Source of the DNA: an uncultured Gammaproteobacteria bacterium | GTDB taxonomy: Bacteria; Pseudomonadota; Gammaproteobacteria; Poriferisulfidales; GCA-002705445 | Assembly: GCA_913065025.1 (NCBI GenBank) | Contig: CAJYAP010000003.1 | Span: forward strand, 5,876 to 69,875 | DNA length: 64,000 nt | Direction of reading: 5' to 3' | Shown: piece after piece, positions 19,653 to 28,662 of the stretch | How the letters are laid out: each line of letters starts with the position of its first letter | Numbering within the stretch: the first letter of the stretch is position 1 | Notes under the pieces: generated by a model | The model's database searches: none | The model's input: the letters and a program-made list of their open reading frames with translations, nothing else | What the model was told of the DNA's origin: nothing | Position numbers and translations under genes: made by a program

Positions 19653-19835
19653 ATGAGAAAAATAAAAACACTTCTAGGTTTATGTGTTGCAGTTATGCTT
19701 TCAGGTTGTGCTGCTGACCAAGCATTACTAGACAGATTAGAGTTAGTTGAAGAAACAGCAAAGCAAGCTATTTCATGTTGTGATGCAAATTCACATAGAA
19801 TGAACAAAATGTTCTATGATGCGCAAAAGAAATAG
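19653..19835 (+). CDS. small Lpp-like lipoprotein
   Basis: 60 aa with AAGGAGG 5 nt upstream, a signal peptide with lipobox MLSGC, a predicted helical mature part and a C-terminal lysine (…AQKK), as in Braun lipoprotein. Confidence 0.7.
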   Translation: MRKIKTLLGLCVAVMLSGCAADQALLDRLELVEETAKQAISCCDANSHRMNKMFYDAQKK

Positions 19836-19843
19836 TTAGTTAG

Positions 19844-20662
19844 TTATCTCTGACATTTTTTGCAATAGAAACTCGACCTTTGGTTTATTTTTATTTGTAA
19901 AATGTCGCTTTGACAGATATGGCAGGGCTTAGCAGTTCTGCCATATACTTTAAAATCATACTGAAAATAACCGCTTTTTCCATCCACATTTATATAATCA
20001 TTAATAGAAGATCCGCCTTTTTTTATAGCGCTCTTTAATACTTTTTTAATAGAAGTCACAAGATCTTCGCAATTCTTTTTTGTTAATTTTTTTGATATTT
20101 TATCAGGCCTAATTTTGGATAAAAATAAGGACTCTGATGCATAAATATTCCCAATTCCTACTACAATTTTTGAGTTCATAAGAAGAGATTTAATAGCAAC
20201 ATTCCTATTTTTAGAAGCTTTGTAAAGATATGCTGCAGAAAAATCTTTACTTAATGGCTCAGGGCCAAGATTTAAAAATAATCTATTTGTTAGTAAAGGA
20301 GACTCAGTTGAGTAAAAAATCATTCCAAATTTTCTTGGGTCATTAAATCTAAGAATTACCTTTGAATCAAGTTGCATCTCAAAATGATCATGTTTTTTTT
20401 TAAGTTCATTTCTATTGGCAATCCTTAGGGTACCAGTCATACCAAGATGTATAGTTAAATATAAATTTTCCCCTGAAATAATTATATATTTTGCCCTTCT
20501 TGTAATCCCAGTAATTTTTATATTAACAATTTTTTTTGCTATATCTTTTTGTAATTCCCAGCGAAGCTTTTTCACAGAAATAGTGCATTTTAAAATTGTC
20601 TTGTTAATTAAATACGGAGTAATTCCGTCAATTGTTGTTTGTACTTCAGGTAATTCTGGCAT
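19844..20662 (-). CDS. mutM: formamidopyrimidine-DNA glycosylase
   Basis: 272 aa with N-terminal MPELPEV and a C-terminal zinc finger CHICQSD...CKKCQ. Confidence 0.95.
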   Translation of the reverse strand: MPELPEVQTTIDGITPYLINKTILKCTISVKKLRWELQKDIAKKIVNIKITGITRRAKYIIISGENLYLTIHLGMTGTLRIANRNELKKKHDHFEMQLDSKVILRFNDPRKFGMIFYSTESPLLTNRLFLNLGPEPLSKDFSAAYLYKASKNRNVAIKSLLMNSKIVVGIGNIYASESLFLSKIRPDKISKKLTKKNCEDLVTSIKKVLKSAIKKGGSSINDYINVDGKSGYFQYDFKVYGRTAKPCHICQSDILQIKINQRSSFYCKKCQR

Positions 20663-21307
20663 TTAGATTATAGTCTCAAGTACTATAGGGCTAAGATTTT
20701 CATTGTAGCCTAATTTAAAAATAGGAATATCAGTATAATTAGATAATTCTTCAAAGTTATCCAGCGGTGTATTTTTACTAATATTATTTAGAACAATAAA
20801 TTTTATTTCTAATCCTAGATTTTTAATTGATTGTATTGACAATAAAGTGTGATTTATACACCCTAAAGTATTTTTAACTACAAGTATAATTGGTAAGTTT
20901 AGTTGAACTGCTAAGTCAGCTGTTAGTTTTTTATTAGCTATAGGGGAAAAAAAGCCACCACATCCTTCTACAATATTAAAGCTGCTATTATTATATTTAT
21001 TATTTTCTATAAATTTAATAATGTCATTAAGCTCTATATTTTTATTTTCCATTTGCGCTGCTTTTGGTGGAGAAGCATAAGCTTTAAACATATATTTACA
21101 TATCTTATCTAAAGAAACTTTTTCAAGCTCTGAAAATTTCATTGCATCTTTGGGCATAAGGGTGTTATTTGGTTCTTCGCATCCAGATTCTACAGGTTTT
21201 AAAAAATGAAATTTTATACCTTTTTCAATTAATAATTCGCCAAATTTAAGCATAAACCAAGTTTTTCCAACATCTGTGTCTGTTCCTGTAACCAAGAAAC
21301 CTTTCAT
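20663..21307 (-). CDS. bioD: ATP-dependent dethiobiotin synthetase
   Basis: MKGFLVTGTDTDVGKT P-loop at the N-terminus. The start is chosen at nt 21307; the track ORF extends to 21319. Confidence 0.85.
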   Translation of the reverse strand: MKGFLVTGTDTDVGKTWFMLKFGELLIEKGIKFHFLKPVESGCEEPNNTLMPKDAMKFSELEKVSLDKICKYMFKAYASPPKAAQMENKNIELNDIIKFIENNKYNNSSFNIVEGCGGFFSPIANKKLTADLAVQLNLPIILVVKNTLGCINHTLLSIQSIKNLGLEIKFIVLNNISKNTPLDNFEELSNYTDIPIFKLGYNENLSPIVLETII

Positions 21308-21349
21308 AAATACTCCCAATTATTAAATGTTCATGTGATAATAATACAC

Positions 21350-22573
21350 ATGAGTAATGGTAATATAAATAGAAGAAAGTCTAATGTTGTGAAAGTAGGG
21401 AATGTTTCTATTGGTGGTGAAAATCCAATTGTCGTTCAGTCAATGACTGACACAAATACTTCAGATATTAAAAAAACATCTAGCCAAATCTTAGAGTTAG
21501 CTAAAGCAGGCTCTGAAATAGTAAGGTTAACAGTGAATGATGCAGATGCTATACAAGCAATACCTTTTATTAAGGATAATCTTTTAAAATCTGGTTTAAA
21601 TATACCATTAGTAGGAGATTTTCATTTTAATGGACATATTTTATTAAACAAATATCAAAGCGAAGCTTCACATTTAGATAAGTTTAGAATTAATCCAGGA
21701 AATGTTGGAAAAAAAAATAAAAAAGATAAAAATTTTTCTACTATGATTGAAGCTGCCTGTAAGTTAGATAAGCCAGTTAGGATAGGAGTAAATTGGGGAA
21801 GTCTAGACCAGGAGTTATTAGCTAATAAATTAGATATTAATAATAATCTAGTAAAACCAAAATCACTTGATGAGGTAATGTGTGACGTGGTAATAGCTTC
21901 TGCATTAGAAAATGCAAAGTTTGCTGAATCTATTGGAATGGGTAAAGAAAAAATTATTATTTCTTGTAAATTAAGTAAGGTTAATATGTTAATAGATGTT
22001 TATAAGAGAATATCAAAAATGTGTAATTATGCATTACATTTAGGTCTTACTGAGGCAGGTAGTAATGAACGAGGAATAGTATATTCGGCATGTGCTATAG
22101 GACCTTTATTACTTGATGGTATTGGAGATACAATTAGAGTTTCTTTAACAACAGATATTAATGGAAATAGATCTAAAGAAGTTGATGTTGCAAAATTGAT
22201 TTTACAGAGTTTAGGAATAAGGTATTTTTTACCTGATGTAACATCTTGTCCAGGATGCGGGAGGACAAGTAGTGACTACTTTCAGAAATTAGCTTTTGAT
22301 ATTGATCAATACATAAAAGATAGTATGCCAGTTTGGAAAAAAAATTATCCTGGTGTCGAAAATCTTAAAATATCCGTAATGGGTTGTATTGTTAATGGCC
22401 CAGGTGAGAGTAAGCATGCTGATATTGGAATAAGCTTACCTGGAAGAGGAGAAAACCCTACAGCTCCTGTATATATTGATGGGGAAAAGAAAGTAACTTT
22501 AAAAGGGGATAATATAACTAACGACTTTAAGAAGATATTAATTAATTATATTGATAATAGATTTAAGCAATAA
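21350..22573 (+). CDS. ispG: 4-hydroxy-3-methylbut-2-en-1-yl diphosphate synthase (flavodoxin)
   Basis: RRKSNVVKVGNVSIGGENPIVVQSMTDT N-terminus and a C-terminal 4Fe-4S motif SCPGCGRT ... GCIVNGPGE. The start is chosen at ATG 21350; the track begins at GTG 21335. Confidence 0.95.
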   Translation: MSNGNINRRKSNVVKVGNVSIGGENPIVVQSMTDTNTSDIKKTSSQILELAKAGSEIVRLTVNDADAIQAIPFIKDNLLKSGLNIPLVGDFHFNGHILLNKYQSEASHLDKFRINPGNVGKKNKKDKNFSTMIEAACKLDKPVRIGVNWGSLDQELLANKLDINNNLVKPKSLDEVMCDVVIASALENAKFAESIGMGKEKIIISCKLSKVNMLIDVYKRISKMCNYALHLGLTEAGSNERGIVYSACAIGPLLLDGIGDTIRVSLTTDINGNRSKEVDVAKLILQSLGIRYFLPDVTSCPGCGRTSSDYFQKLAFDIDQYIKDSMPVWKKNYPGVENLKISVMGCIVNGPGESKHADIGISLPGRGENPTAPVYIDGEKKVTLKGDNITNDFKKILINYIDNRFKQ

Positions 22574-22577
22574 TCCA

Positions 22578-23963
22578 CTATTTTATTTTAGAAAATCTTT
22601 CCAATGCTATATTCCTGCTATTACTAAGATTAATTATTGGCTTTATTAAATCATTATTAGTTAATAAGTCTGTCTCATGATCATCAGTGTATAAATCAAA
22701 GTTATTTAACCATTTTTTAGTATAAATATTATCAGGATCAAATTTCTTCTCCTGAAGCAGTGGATTAAATATCCTAAAATATGGAGCAGCATCTGTACCA
22801 CAACCGGAGACCCATTGCCATCCCATAACATTATTTGCAATATCTGCGTCTAACAAATTATCTCTAAACCATTTTTCACCTTCCTGCCATGGTATTAATA
22901 AATTTTTTGTCAGAAACGAAGCTGTAATCATACGAGTTCTATTATGCATCCAGCCTGTTTCCAATAGTTCATTCATGGCAGCGTCAACAATCCTAATACC
23001 AGTATTTCCTTTTTTCCATTTTTCGAGGTTATCTTTATAATTTACTTCCCATTCAAAATTTTCATACTTTTTATTAAAAGGTTTATCGATAACATATGGA
23101 AAATGAAATAATATATAATAAGAAAATTCTCGCCAATATAATTCTTTTATAAAATGTTCTTCGTGCTTACTAAGGGCATGGTTATCATGAAACTTAAAAT
23201 GATTAATTATTTGATTAGTTGTAATCTCTCCAAAACGAAGATGAGGAGACAGTTTTGAAGTTCCAGATACACTAGGGATGTCCCTAACTTCTTTATAGTT
23301 TGAAAGAGATGATTTAAAAAATTTTTCAAGGCTTATATGAGCATTATCTTCTCCAGGAGACCAGTATTTATCAAATTTTTCTGACCATTTATTGTTATTT
23401 ATTGAAAATACCTTTGAAGTATCAATCTCTTTTTCTTCAATGATGAAGTTTCTAATATTTATCGAAGGGAATTTGAGGACTTCCTTTTGAGAATAAAGTA
23501 ACTTGCAGTTTTTATAAAAAGGAGAGTAAACTTTATAAGGATCTCCGGTTTTATTTAGAATTAATGCAGGGTCAACCAATGTAGCCTTATTGTAAGCAAA
23601 TAAATTAATGTTTATTCTTTTAAGGCTTAATTTTAATATTTCCTCTTTTTTTATAAATTCAGGGTGCTTGTTTTGATTAATAAATACAGAATCAAATTTA
23701 TACTTTTCTATAATTTCTAATGTCTTTTTTATATAATCACCTTGAATTATATGAAGAGTGATTTTCTTCCCTTTCAAATTTTCTTTTAAATGGTCAAGGC
23801 TTTTTTTTAGCCACCAAAGGTTAGCTGATCCGTGTGTTTTTAAATATAGATTTTTATCGAACACGAACAGAAAGGTAGTAGAATCATATCCTTTAATGCT
23901 CGAATTAATAGCATCGTTATCATTTAACCTTAGATCATTACTAAAGAGAACTAGGGATTTCAT
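22578..23963 (-). CDS. phrB: deoxyribodipyrimidine photolyase (cryptochrome/photolyase family)
   Basis: 461 aa with the FAD-binding region GIRIVDAAMNELLETGWMHNRTRMITASFL and WQWVSGCGTDAAPYFRIFNP. Confidence 0.92.
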   Translation of the reverse strand: MKSLVLFSNDLRLNDNDAINSSIKGYDSTTFLFVFDKNLYLKTHGSANLWWLKKSLDHLKENLKGKKITLHIIQGDYIKKTLEIIEKYKFDSVFINQNKHPEFIKKEEILKLSLKRININLFAYNKATLVDPALILNKTGDPYKVYSPFYKNCKLLYSQKEVLKFPSINIRNFIIEEKEIDTSKVFSINNNKWSEKFDKYWSPGEDNAHISLEKFFKSSLSNYKEVRDIPSVSGTSKLSPHLRFGEITTNQIINHFKFHDNHALSKHEEHFIKELYWREFSYYILFHFPYVIDKPFNKKYENFEWEVNYKDNLEKWKKGNTGIRIVDAAMNELLETGWMHNRTRMITASFLTKNLLIPWQEGEKWFRDNLLDADIANNVMGWQWVSGCGTDAAPYFRIFNPLLQEKKFDPDNIYTKKWLNNFDLYTDDHETDLLTNNDLIKPIINLSNSRNIALERFSKIK

Positions 23964-23966
23964 TTA

Positions 23967-24866
23967 TTAGTATTTTATACCTTCAACTTTTGTAAGTTTA
24001 ATCAATACCTCTTCTAGTAAATATCTTGATTTTGCTGCAGTATCTTCAAGTTCCTTATGGATTTCTGCATCTTTTGAATTTCTAGCCTCACATTCAGATG
24101 AATATTTTTCAAAAGCAGACAATTTATGTATTAGGTCACTTAAATGTCTAGGACATTCACAATTGATTGTACTTCCAGCAGCGACAATATTTGCAAGATC
24201 CTGATCGGTTAATAATCTATCAGTAGAAGTAGACTTTAAATAATCTGCAAAATTATTACTACACCATTCTGTTATATCAGAATGATTTAGCGGCAATGAT
24301 ATCGTTCCTGTATCTTTAGTTGTCAGAGTAGCTATATCGCTTTCTTTACCGAAATCATATGCACATAATAATTTTGACGCTTTTGATTGATTCAAGATTT
24401 TTTGGATTACATGAATGGTTCCTTGATTAACTGTTGGAATTTCAACTAGAATGAAGTCTATTTTACAATGGTAGTTTGATTTAATATTTTTTGGGTCTTG
24501 GATTACGTCTATCATATTTAATCTCATACTATCTAAACTCTTTTTATCAAGTATCGTCTTTCCTAAAAGTATAAAATTTAAATCATTTTTTCCAGTACTA
24601 GAAATAGCTGTCTTACAACTGGATATTCTTTTTTCTAGGTTCTCAAAATTTAAATTTGCAACCGCACTAATAGCGTCTCCGTTATCTACAAGTTTTTTGA
24701 TAAGTAGAAGTCTATCTATATCAGCTTGTGTGTAAAGTCTATCACCTGCATCAGTTCTTATTGGTTTTACCACTTCGTACCGTCTTTCCCATGCTCTGAG
24801 AGTTTCGGGTCTAATTCCAGTAATTTGGGTTGTTAATCCAATTCTATAATTTTGTTCTGTATTCAT
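23967..24866 (-). CDS. MerR-family transcriptional regulator with a long C-terminal domain (LitR-like candidate)
   Basis: 299 aa with the N-terminal MerR HTH YRIGLTTQITGIRPETLRAWERRY. It lies 3 nt upstream of phrB, so the two are probably co-transcribed. The roughly 220-aa C-terminal domain contains CECPRH. Confidence 0.8.
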   Translation of the reverse strand: MNTEQNYRIGLTTQITGIRPETLRAWERRYEVVKPIRTDAGDRLYTQADIDRLLLIKKLVDNGDAISAVANLNFENLEKRISSCKTAISSTGKNDLNFILLGKTILDKKSLDSMRLNMIDVIQDPKNIKSNYHCKIDFILVEIPTVNQGTIHVIQKILNQSKASKLLCAYDFGKESDIATLTTKDTGTISLPLNHSDITEWCSNNFADYLKSTSTDRLLTDQDLANIVAAGSTINCECPRHLSDLIHKLSAFEKYSSECEARNSKDAEIHKELEDTAAKSRYLLEEVLIKLTKVEGIKY

Positions 24867-25004
24867 AATAATAATTTTGTTTAATTAAAGTATAAATAAA
24901 TATATACAAGGTTACTAATAAATGCAAGTATTATTTATATATATCTATACAATATTTATATTATTATAAGTTATTGTAATAATTGTGTTTAATATATTAA
25001 AATT

Positions 25005-25024
25005 TGTACAGATTTATCTGTACA
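25005..25024. promoter_or_regulatory. inverted-repeat operator candidate TGTACAGAT-tt-ATCTGTACA
   Basis: Perfect 9-bp arms with a 2-bp centre (that is, TGTACA-N8-TGTACA), 139 nt upstream of the MerR-like gene start. A third TGTACA lies at 25066-25071. Confidence 0.5.
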
Positions 25025-25100
25025 TATTAAATTTAAATGTTATTATGTCTATATGTTTAACAAATTGTACATCCCCTGGAGCATCATGCTCCGCATACTT

Positions 25101-25127
25101 GTAGCCGGTTATCCGGCTACTTTTTTT
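25101..25127 (+). terminator. rho-independent terminator or attenuator upstream of the ferredoxin gene
   Basis: GTAGCCGG-ttat-CCGGCTAC followed by T7. It is preceded by a second GC-rich hairpin GGAGC-atcat-GCTCC (25078-25092). No plus-strand gene lies upstream of it, and the fdx ATG is 25 nt downstream. Confidence 0.6.
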
Positions 25128-25152
25128 AATAAAAATATTTAATGGAGGAATT

Positions 25153-25482
25153 ATGTTTGGATTTGGTGATAAAAATAAGGTTCATAAAGTTACAATAGCA
25201 AATACAGGAGAAACATTTGAGGTAACTGGTAAAATTAACTTACTTCAGGCAGCTCATAACGCTGGTATAGAGTGGCCGTGTGATTGTAAAGTAGGTAGTT
25301 GTGGAACATGCAGGGCAGTATTAAAAGAAGGAAAAGTTAAAGAATTAGCTGACTTTGCATATACATTAGATGGCGACATGCTTAAAGACGGATATATTCT
25401 TGCATGCCAATCATCATTAAAAAGTGACATTACTGTAGAATTAGATAAATCCCAAAAAGCTGTAGAAGCAACAAAAATGTAA
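25153..25482 (+). CDS. plant-type [2Fe-2S] ferredoxin
   Basis: 109 aa with GGAGGA 4-9 nt upstream and the cluster ligand pattern CKVGSCGTC ... ACQS. Confidence 0.88.
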   Translation: MFGFGDKNKVHKVTIANTGETFEVTGKINLLQAAHNAGIEWPCDCKVGSCGTCRAVLKEGKVKELADFAYTLDGDMLKDGYILACQSSLKSDITVELDKSQKAVEATKM

Positions 25483-26817
25483 TTAACTATTAAATTCTAG
25501 TTCAACCCCAAAAGGTTGTTCTGGAATTTCATTGTTTTTATAAGCAATATTTCCAGATACAATTGTCGTCAACACTTTTGTCCTAAATGGAACGTCAGAA
25601 AATGCTGACCAACCGCATTTATGCATCATAGGCATTTTATCCAGCTCACCAACATCTAGAAAATCTAATAATACTAAATCAGCCCAGTAACCTTCTCTTA
25701 TAAAACCTCTTTCTTTAACGTTATAACAAATAGCAGGATTATGACAAACTTTCTCAATAATTTTTTCAAGAGAGAAAATACCGTTATGGTAAAGCTCTAA
25801 AACCGCTCTTAATGAATGTTGAATTACTGGAAGGCCTGCAGGTATATCTTCGTACTTCCCAGTCTTTTCAGATATTAAATGAGGAGCATGATCTGTAGCG
25901 ATTACGTCAATATTATCATTATTTACAGCTTCAATGAGTGCAAGTCTATCTGATTCTTCTTTGATCGAAGGATTACATTTTATGAAACCTTTTTTTGTGG
26001 CGTAATCTTTTTTTGAATAAAGCATATGATGTATACAAACTTCTGCAGTAATAGATTTTCCTGACACATTGCTACTATTAGAAAAGAAATCTATTTCATC
26101 TTTTGTTGTTAGATGAAGAACGTGCAGTCTAGAACCATTATTTCTTGCTAGATTAACAGCTAAAGTAGATGACTCAATACAGCATTCTCTACTTCTAATT
26201 TCTGTATGCATTTCAAGAGGTATATCGTCACCATACTTTTCTTTTGCAGCTTTAAAGTTTTTATCAATTATAGGAGAACTTTCACAATGAGTTGCTATTA
26301 ATTTTGGACAGTGAAGAAATATATCCTCCAGTGACTTTAAATTATCAACAAGCATATTACCAGTAGATGCGCCCATAAATATTTTTACACCACAAGCTCT
26401 TTTTGAGGTATTTTTAATTTCTTCGATATTGTCATTCGTAGCACCTAAGTAAAAAGAATAATTAGCAAAAGATCTATTTTTGGCAATTTCAAACTTTTTA
26501 TCTAACCCATCATTCGTAATGATAGGTGGTTTATTATTAGGCATATCCATATATGTAGTTGTTCCACCTATAACTGCGGCCAATGATTCTGATCTTATAT
26601 CAGCTTTATCGGTAAGGCCGGGCTCTCTAAAATGCACTTGATCATCTATCATTCCAGGAATTAAATATTTACCTGTAGCGTCAATAACAATATCAGCTTG
26701 CATATGAGATAAATTATCCGATATTTGATTAATTCTGCCACTTTTTACAAAGATATCACTTATCTTTCTTTTGTTTTCATTGATGATTGTTGCATTTGTT
26801 ATTAATATAGATTTCAT
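25483..26817 (-). CDS. pyrC: dihydroorotase (long, allantoinase-like class)
   Basis: 444 aa amidohydrolase with DDQVHFREPG (HxH metal site) and DVIATDHAPH. Confidence 0.85.
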   Translation of the reverse strand: MKSILITNATIINENKRKISDIFVKSGRINQISDNLSHMQADIVIDATGKYLIPGMIDDQVHFREPGLTDKADIRSESLAAVIGGTTTYMDMPNNKPPIITNDGLDKKFEIAKNRSFANYSFYLGATNDNIEEIKNTSKRACGVKIFMGASTGNMLVDNLKSLEDIFLHCPKLIATHCESSPIIDKNFKAAKEKYGDDIPLEMHTEIRSRECCIESSTLAVNLARNNGSRLHVLHLTTKDEIDFFSNSSNVSGKSITAEVCIHHMLYSKKDYATKKGFIKCNPSIKEESDRLALIEAVNNDNIDVIATDHAPHLISEKTGKYEDIPAGLPVIQHSLRAVLELYHNGIFSLEKIIEKVCHNPAICYNVKERGFIREGYWADLVLLDFLDVGELDKMPMMHKCGWSAFSDVPFRTKVLTTIVSGNIAYKNNEIPEQPFGVELEFNS

Positions 26818-26861
26818 TGTATTTACTCAATTTATTTAAGTGTATAATTATAAAGCCAATT

Positions 26862-28184
26862 ATGAATTTAAAAATATATAATACTCTATCCAAAGAAAAA
26901 GAGCTATTCAAACCACTAGATCAAAAATCTATAAAAATGTATGTGTGTGGTCCTACTGTATACAATTTCGCTCATATTGGAAATGCAAGACCTGCTGTTG
27001 TATTTGATATGCTTTACCGCCTTCTAAAAAATATTTATCCCGAGGTTATATATGTTAGGAATATTACAGATGTAGACGATAAGATAAATGAAGCCGCAAG
27101 AAAACTAAACAAACCAATATCATTTATCACTAAAAAATATACCGATATATATCACCAAGATATGACTAGTTTGGGCGTACTTCGTCCAAATCATGAACCA
27201 CGTGTTACAGATAACATTGATCAAATCATATCTATGATACAAAGAATTTTAGACAATAAAAAAGCTTATATAAATGATAGCCATGTTTTATTTGATGTTA
27301 CTTCATTTGATGAATATGGAAAATTATCTAATAGAGATAAAGATGAAATGTTATCTGGAGCCAGAGTAGAAGTTGCAGACTATAAAAAATATGCTGGGGA
27401 TTTTGTACTTTGGAAGCCATCTAATAAAGACGAGCCCGGTTGGAATAGTCCTTGGGGCTATGGAAGACCTGGATGGCATATTGAATGCTCCTCAATGGTA
27501 GAAACTTATTTAGGTGAAGAAATAGATATTCATGGTGGAGGTCAGGATTTAATATTTCCTCATCACGAAAATGAAATAGCTCAAAGTTGCAGCGCTCATA
27601 ATAGTAAAAGTTATGCTAGATACTGGGTTCATAATGGTTATTTAAACATGGAAGGTGAGAAGATGTCTAAATCACTGGGAAATATTATTACGGTTAAAGA
27701 GTTATTAGAGGAGTATGATGGAGAAGTAATAAGACTAGCTCTTTTAAGCACGCACTATAGAAAACCAATAAACTTTGGAAAAAGTTTATTAGAGCAGTCA
27801 AAAAATATATTAAACAAGTTATATAAAAAGCTTAATAGTGAAAGTGATGAAGCTTTAGTATCAGAAGATATTTTAATCCCATTATTAGATGACTTGAATA
27901 CACCATTAGCAATTTCGAATTTATCAAAAATAAAATGCTCAAAAACACTTAAAAAAAGTGCTAATTTTCTTGGTTTGTTAAACAGAACGTCTGAGGAATG
28001 GTTTGCATTAAATAATAAATCCACAATGTCTGAAAATGATATAGAATTACTAATAAAACAAAGAGATGAAGCAAGAAAATTAAAGAATTTTGCAAAAGCT
28101 GATGAAATTAGAGACCAGTTAGATAATAATCATGTAGTATTAGAGGATGTTGATGGAAAGACAATATGGCGAGTGAAAAAATGA
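26862..28184 (+). CDS. cysS: cysteine--tRNA ligase
   Basis: MNLKIYNTLSKEKELF N-terminus, the HIGNARP (HIGH) and KMSKSLGN motifs. The start is chosen at 26862; the track ORF starts at 26817. Confidence 0.95.
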   Translation: MNLKIYNTLSKEKELFKPLDQKSIKMYVCGPTVYNFAHIGNARPAVVFDMLYRLLKNIYPEVIYVRNITDVDDKINEAARKLNKPISFITKKYTDIYHQDMTSLGVLRPNHEPRVTDNIDQIISMIQRILDNKKAYINDSHVLFDVTSFDEYGKLSNRDKDEMLSGARVEVADYKKYAGDFVLWKPSNKDEPGWNSPWGYGRPGWHIECSSMVETYLGEEIDIHGGGQDLIFPHHENEIAQSCSAHNSKSYARYWVHNGYLNMEGEKMSKSLGNIITVKELLEEYDGEVIRLALLSTHYRKPINFGKSLLEQSKNILNKLYKKLNSESDEALVSEDILIPLLDDLNTPLAISNLSKIKCSKTLKKSANFLGLLNRTSEEWFALNNKSTMSENDIELLIKQRDEARKLKNFAKADEIRDQLDNNHVVLEDVDGKTIWRVKK

Positions 28185-28654
28185 CAAAAATATTTAAAGA
28201 AAGAAAAACAGTTGAGCAAGTAGAAGAAGGTTATGAGTTAGCTCCTAAATTCGATGAGGATGGCTTGATGCCAGTTGTCACAACTGATGCAAGTAATGGT
28301 GATGTACTAATGTTGGGTTATCAAAATGAAGAAGCGTTAAAGATGACTATAGAAACTGGAGAAGCTTATTATTGGAGTAGAAGCCGAAAATGCTTATGGC
28401 ATAAAGGCGCAACAAGCGGTTTGATTCAAAAAATTATAGATATAAGAATTGATGATGATCAGGATGCAATTTGGCTTAAGGTAGAGCTACAAGGTTTAGA
28501 AGCTAGTTGCCACGTGGGTTATAAATCTTGTTTTTATAGAAGCATACCAACAGGGAATACAAAAGAAGATATTAAATTAATATATAAAGAAGATGAAAAA
28601 GTTTTTGAACCAGAAAAAGTATATGGGGATGCACCTAACCCAACAAAACTATAA
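28166..28654 (+). CDS. hisI: phosphoribosyl-AMP cyclohydrolase
   Basis: 162 aa with MLGYQNEEALKMTIETGEAYYWSRSR and the Zn-site cysteines in CHVGYKSCF. An alternative ATG at 28181 forms an ATGA overlap with the cysS stop. Confidence 0.88.
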   Translation: MASEKMTKIFKERKTVEQVEEGYELAPKFDEDGLMPVVTTDASNGDVLMLGYQNEEALKMTIETGEAYYWSRSRKCLWHKGATSGLIQKIIDIRIDDDQDAIWLKVELQGLEASCHVGYKSCFYRSIPTGNTKEDIKLIYKEDEKVFEPEKVYGDAPNPTKL

Positions 28655-28662
28655 TTATATTT

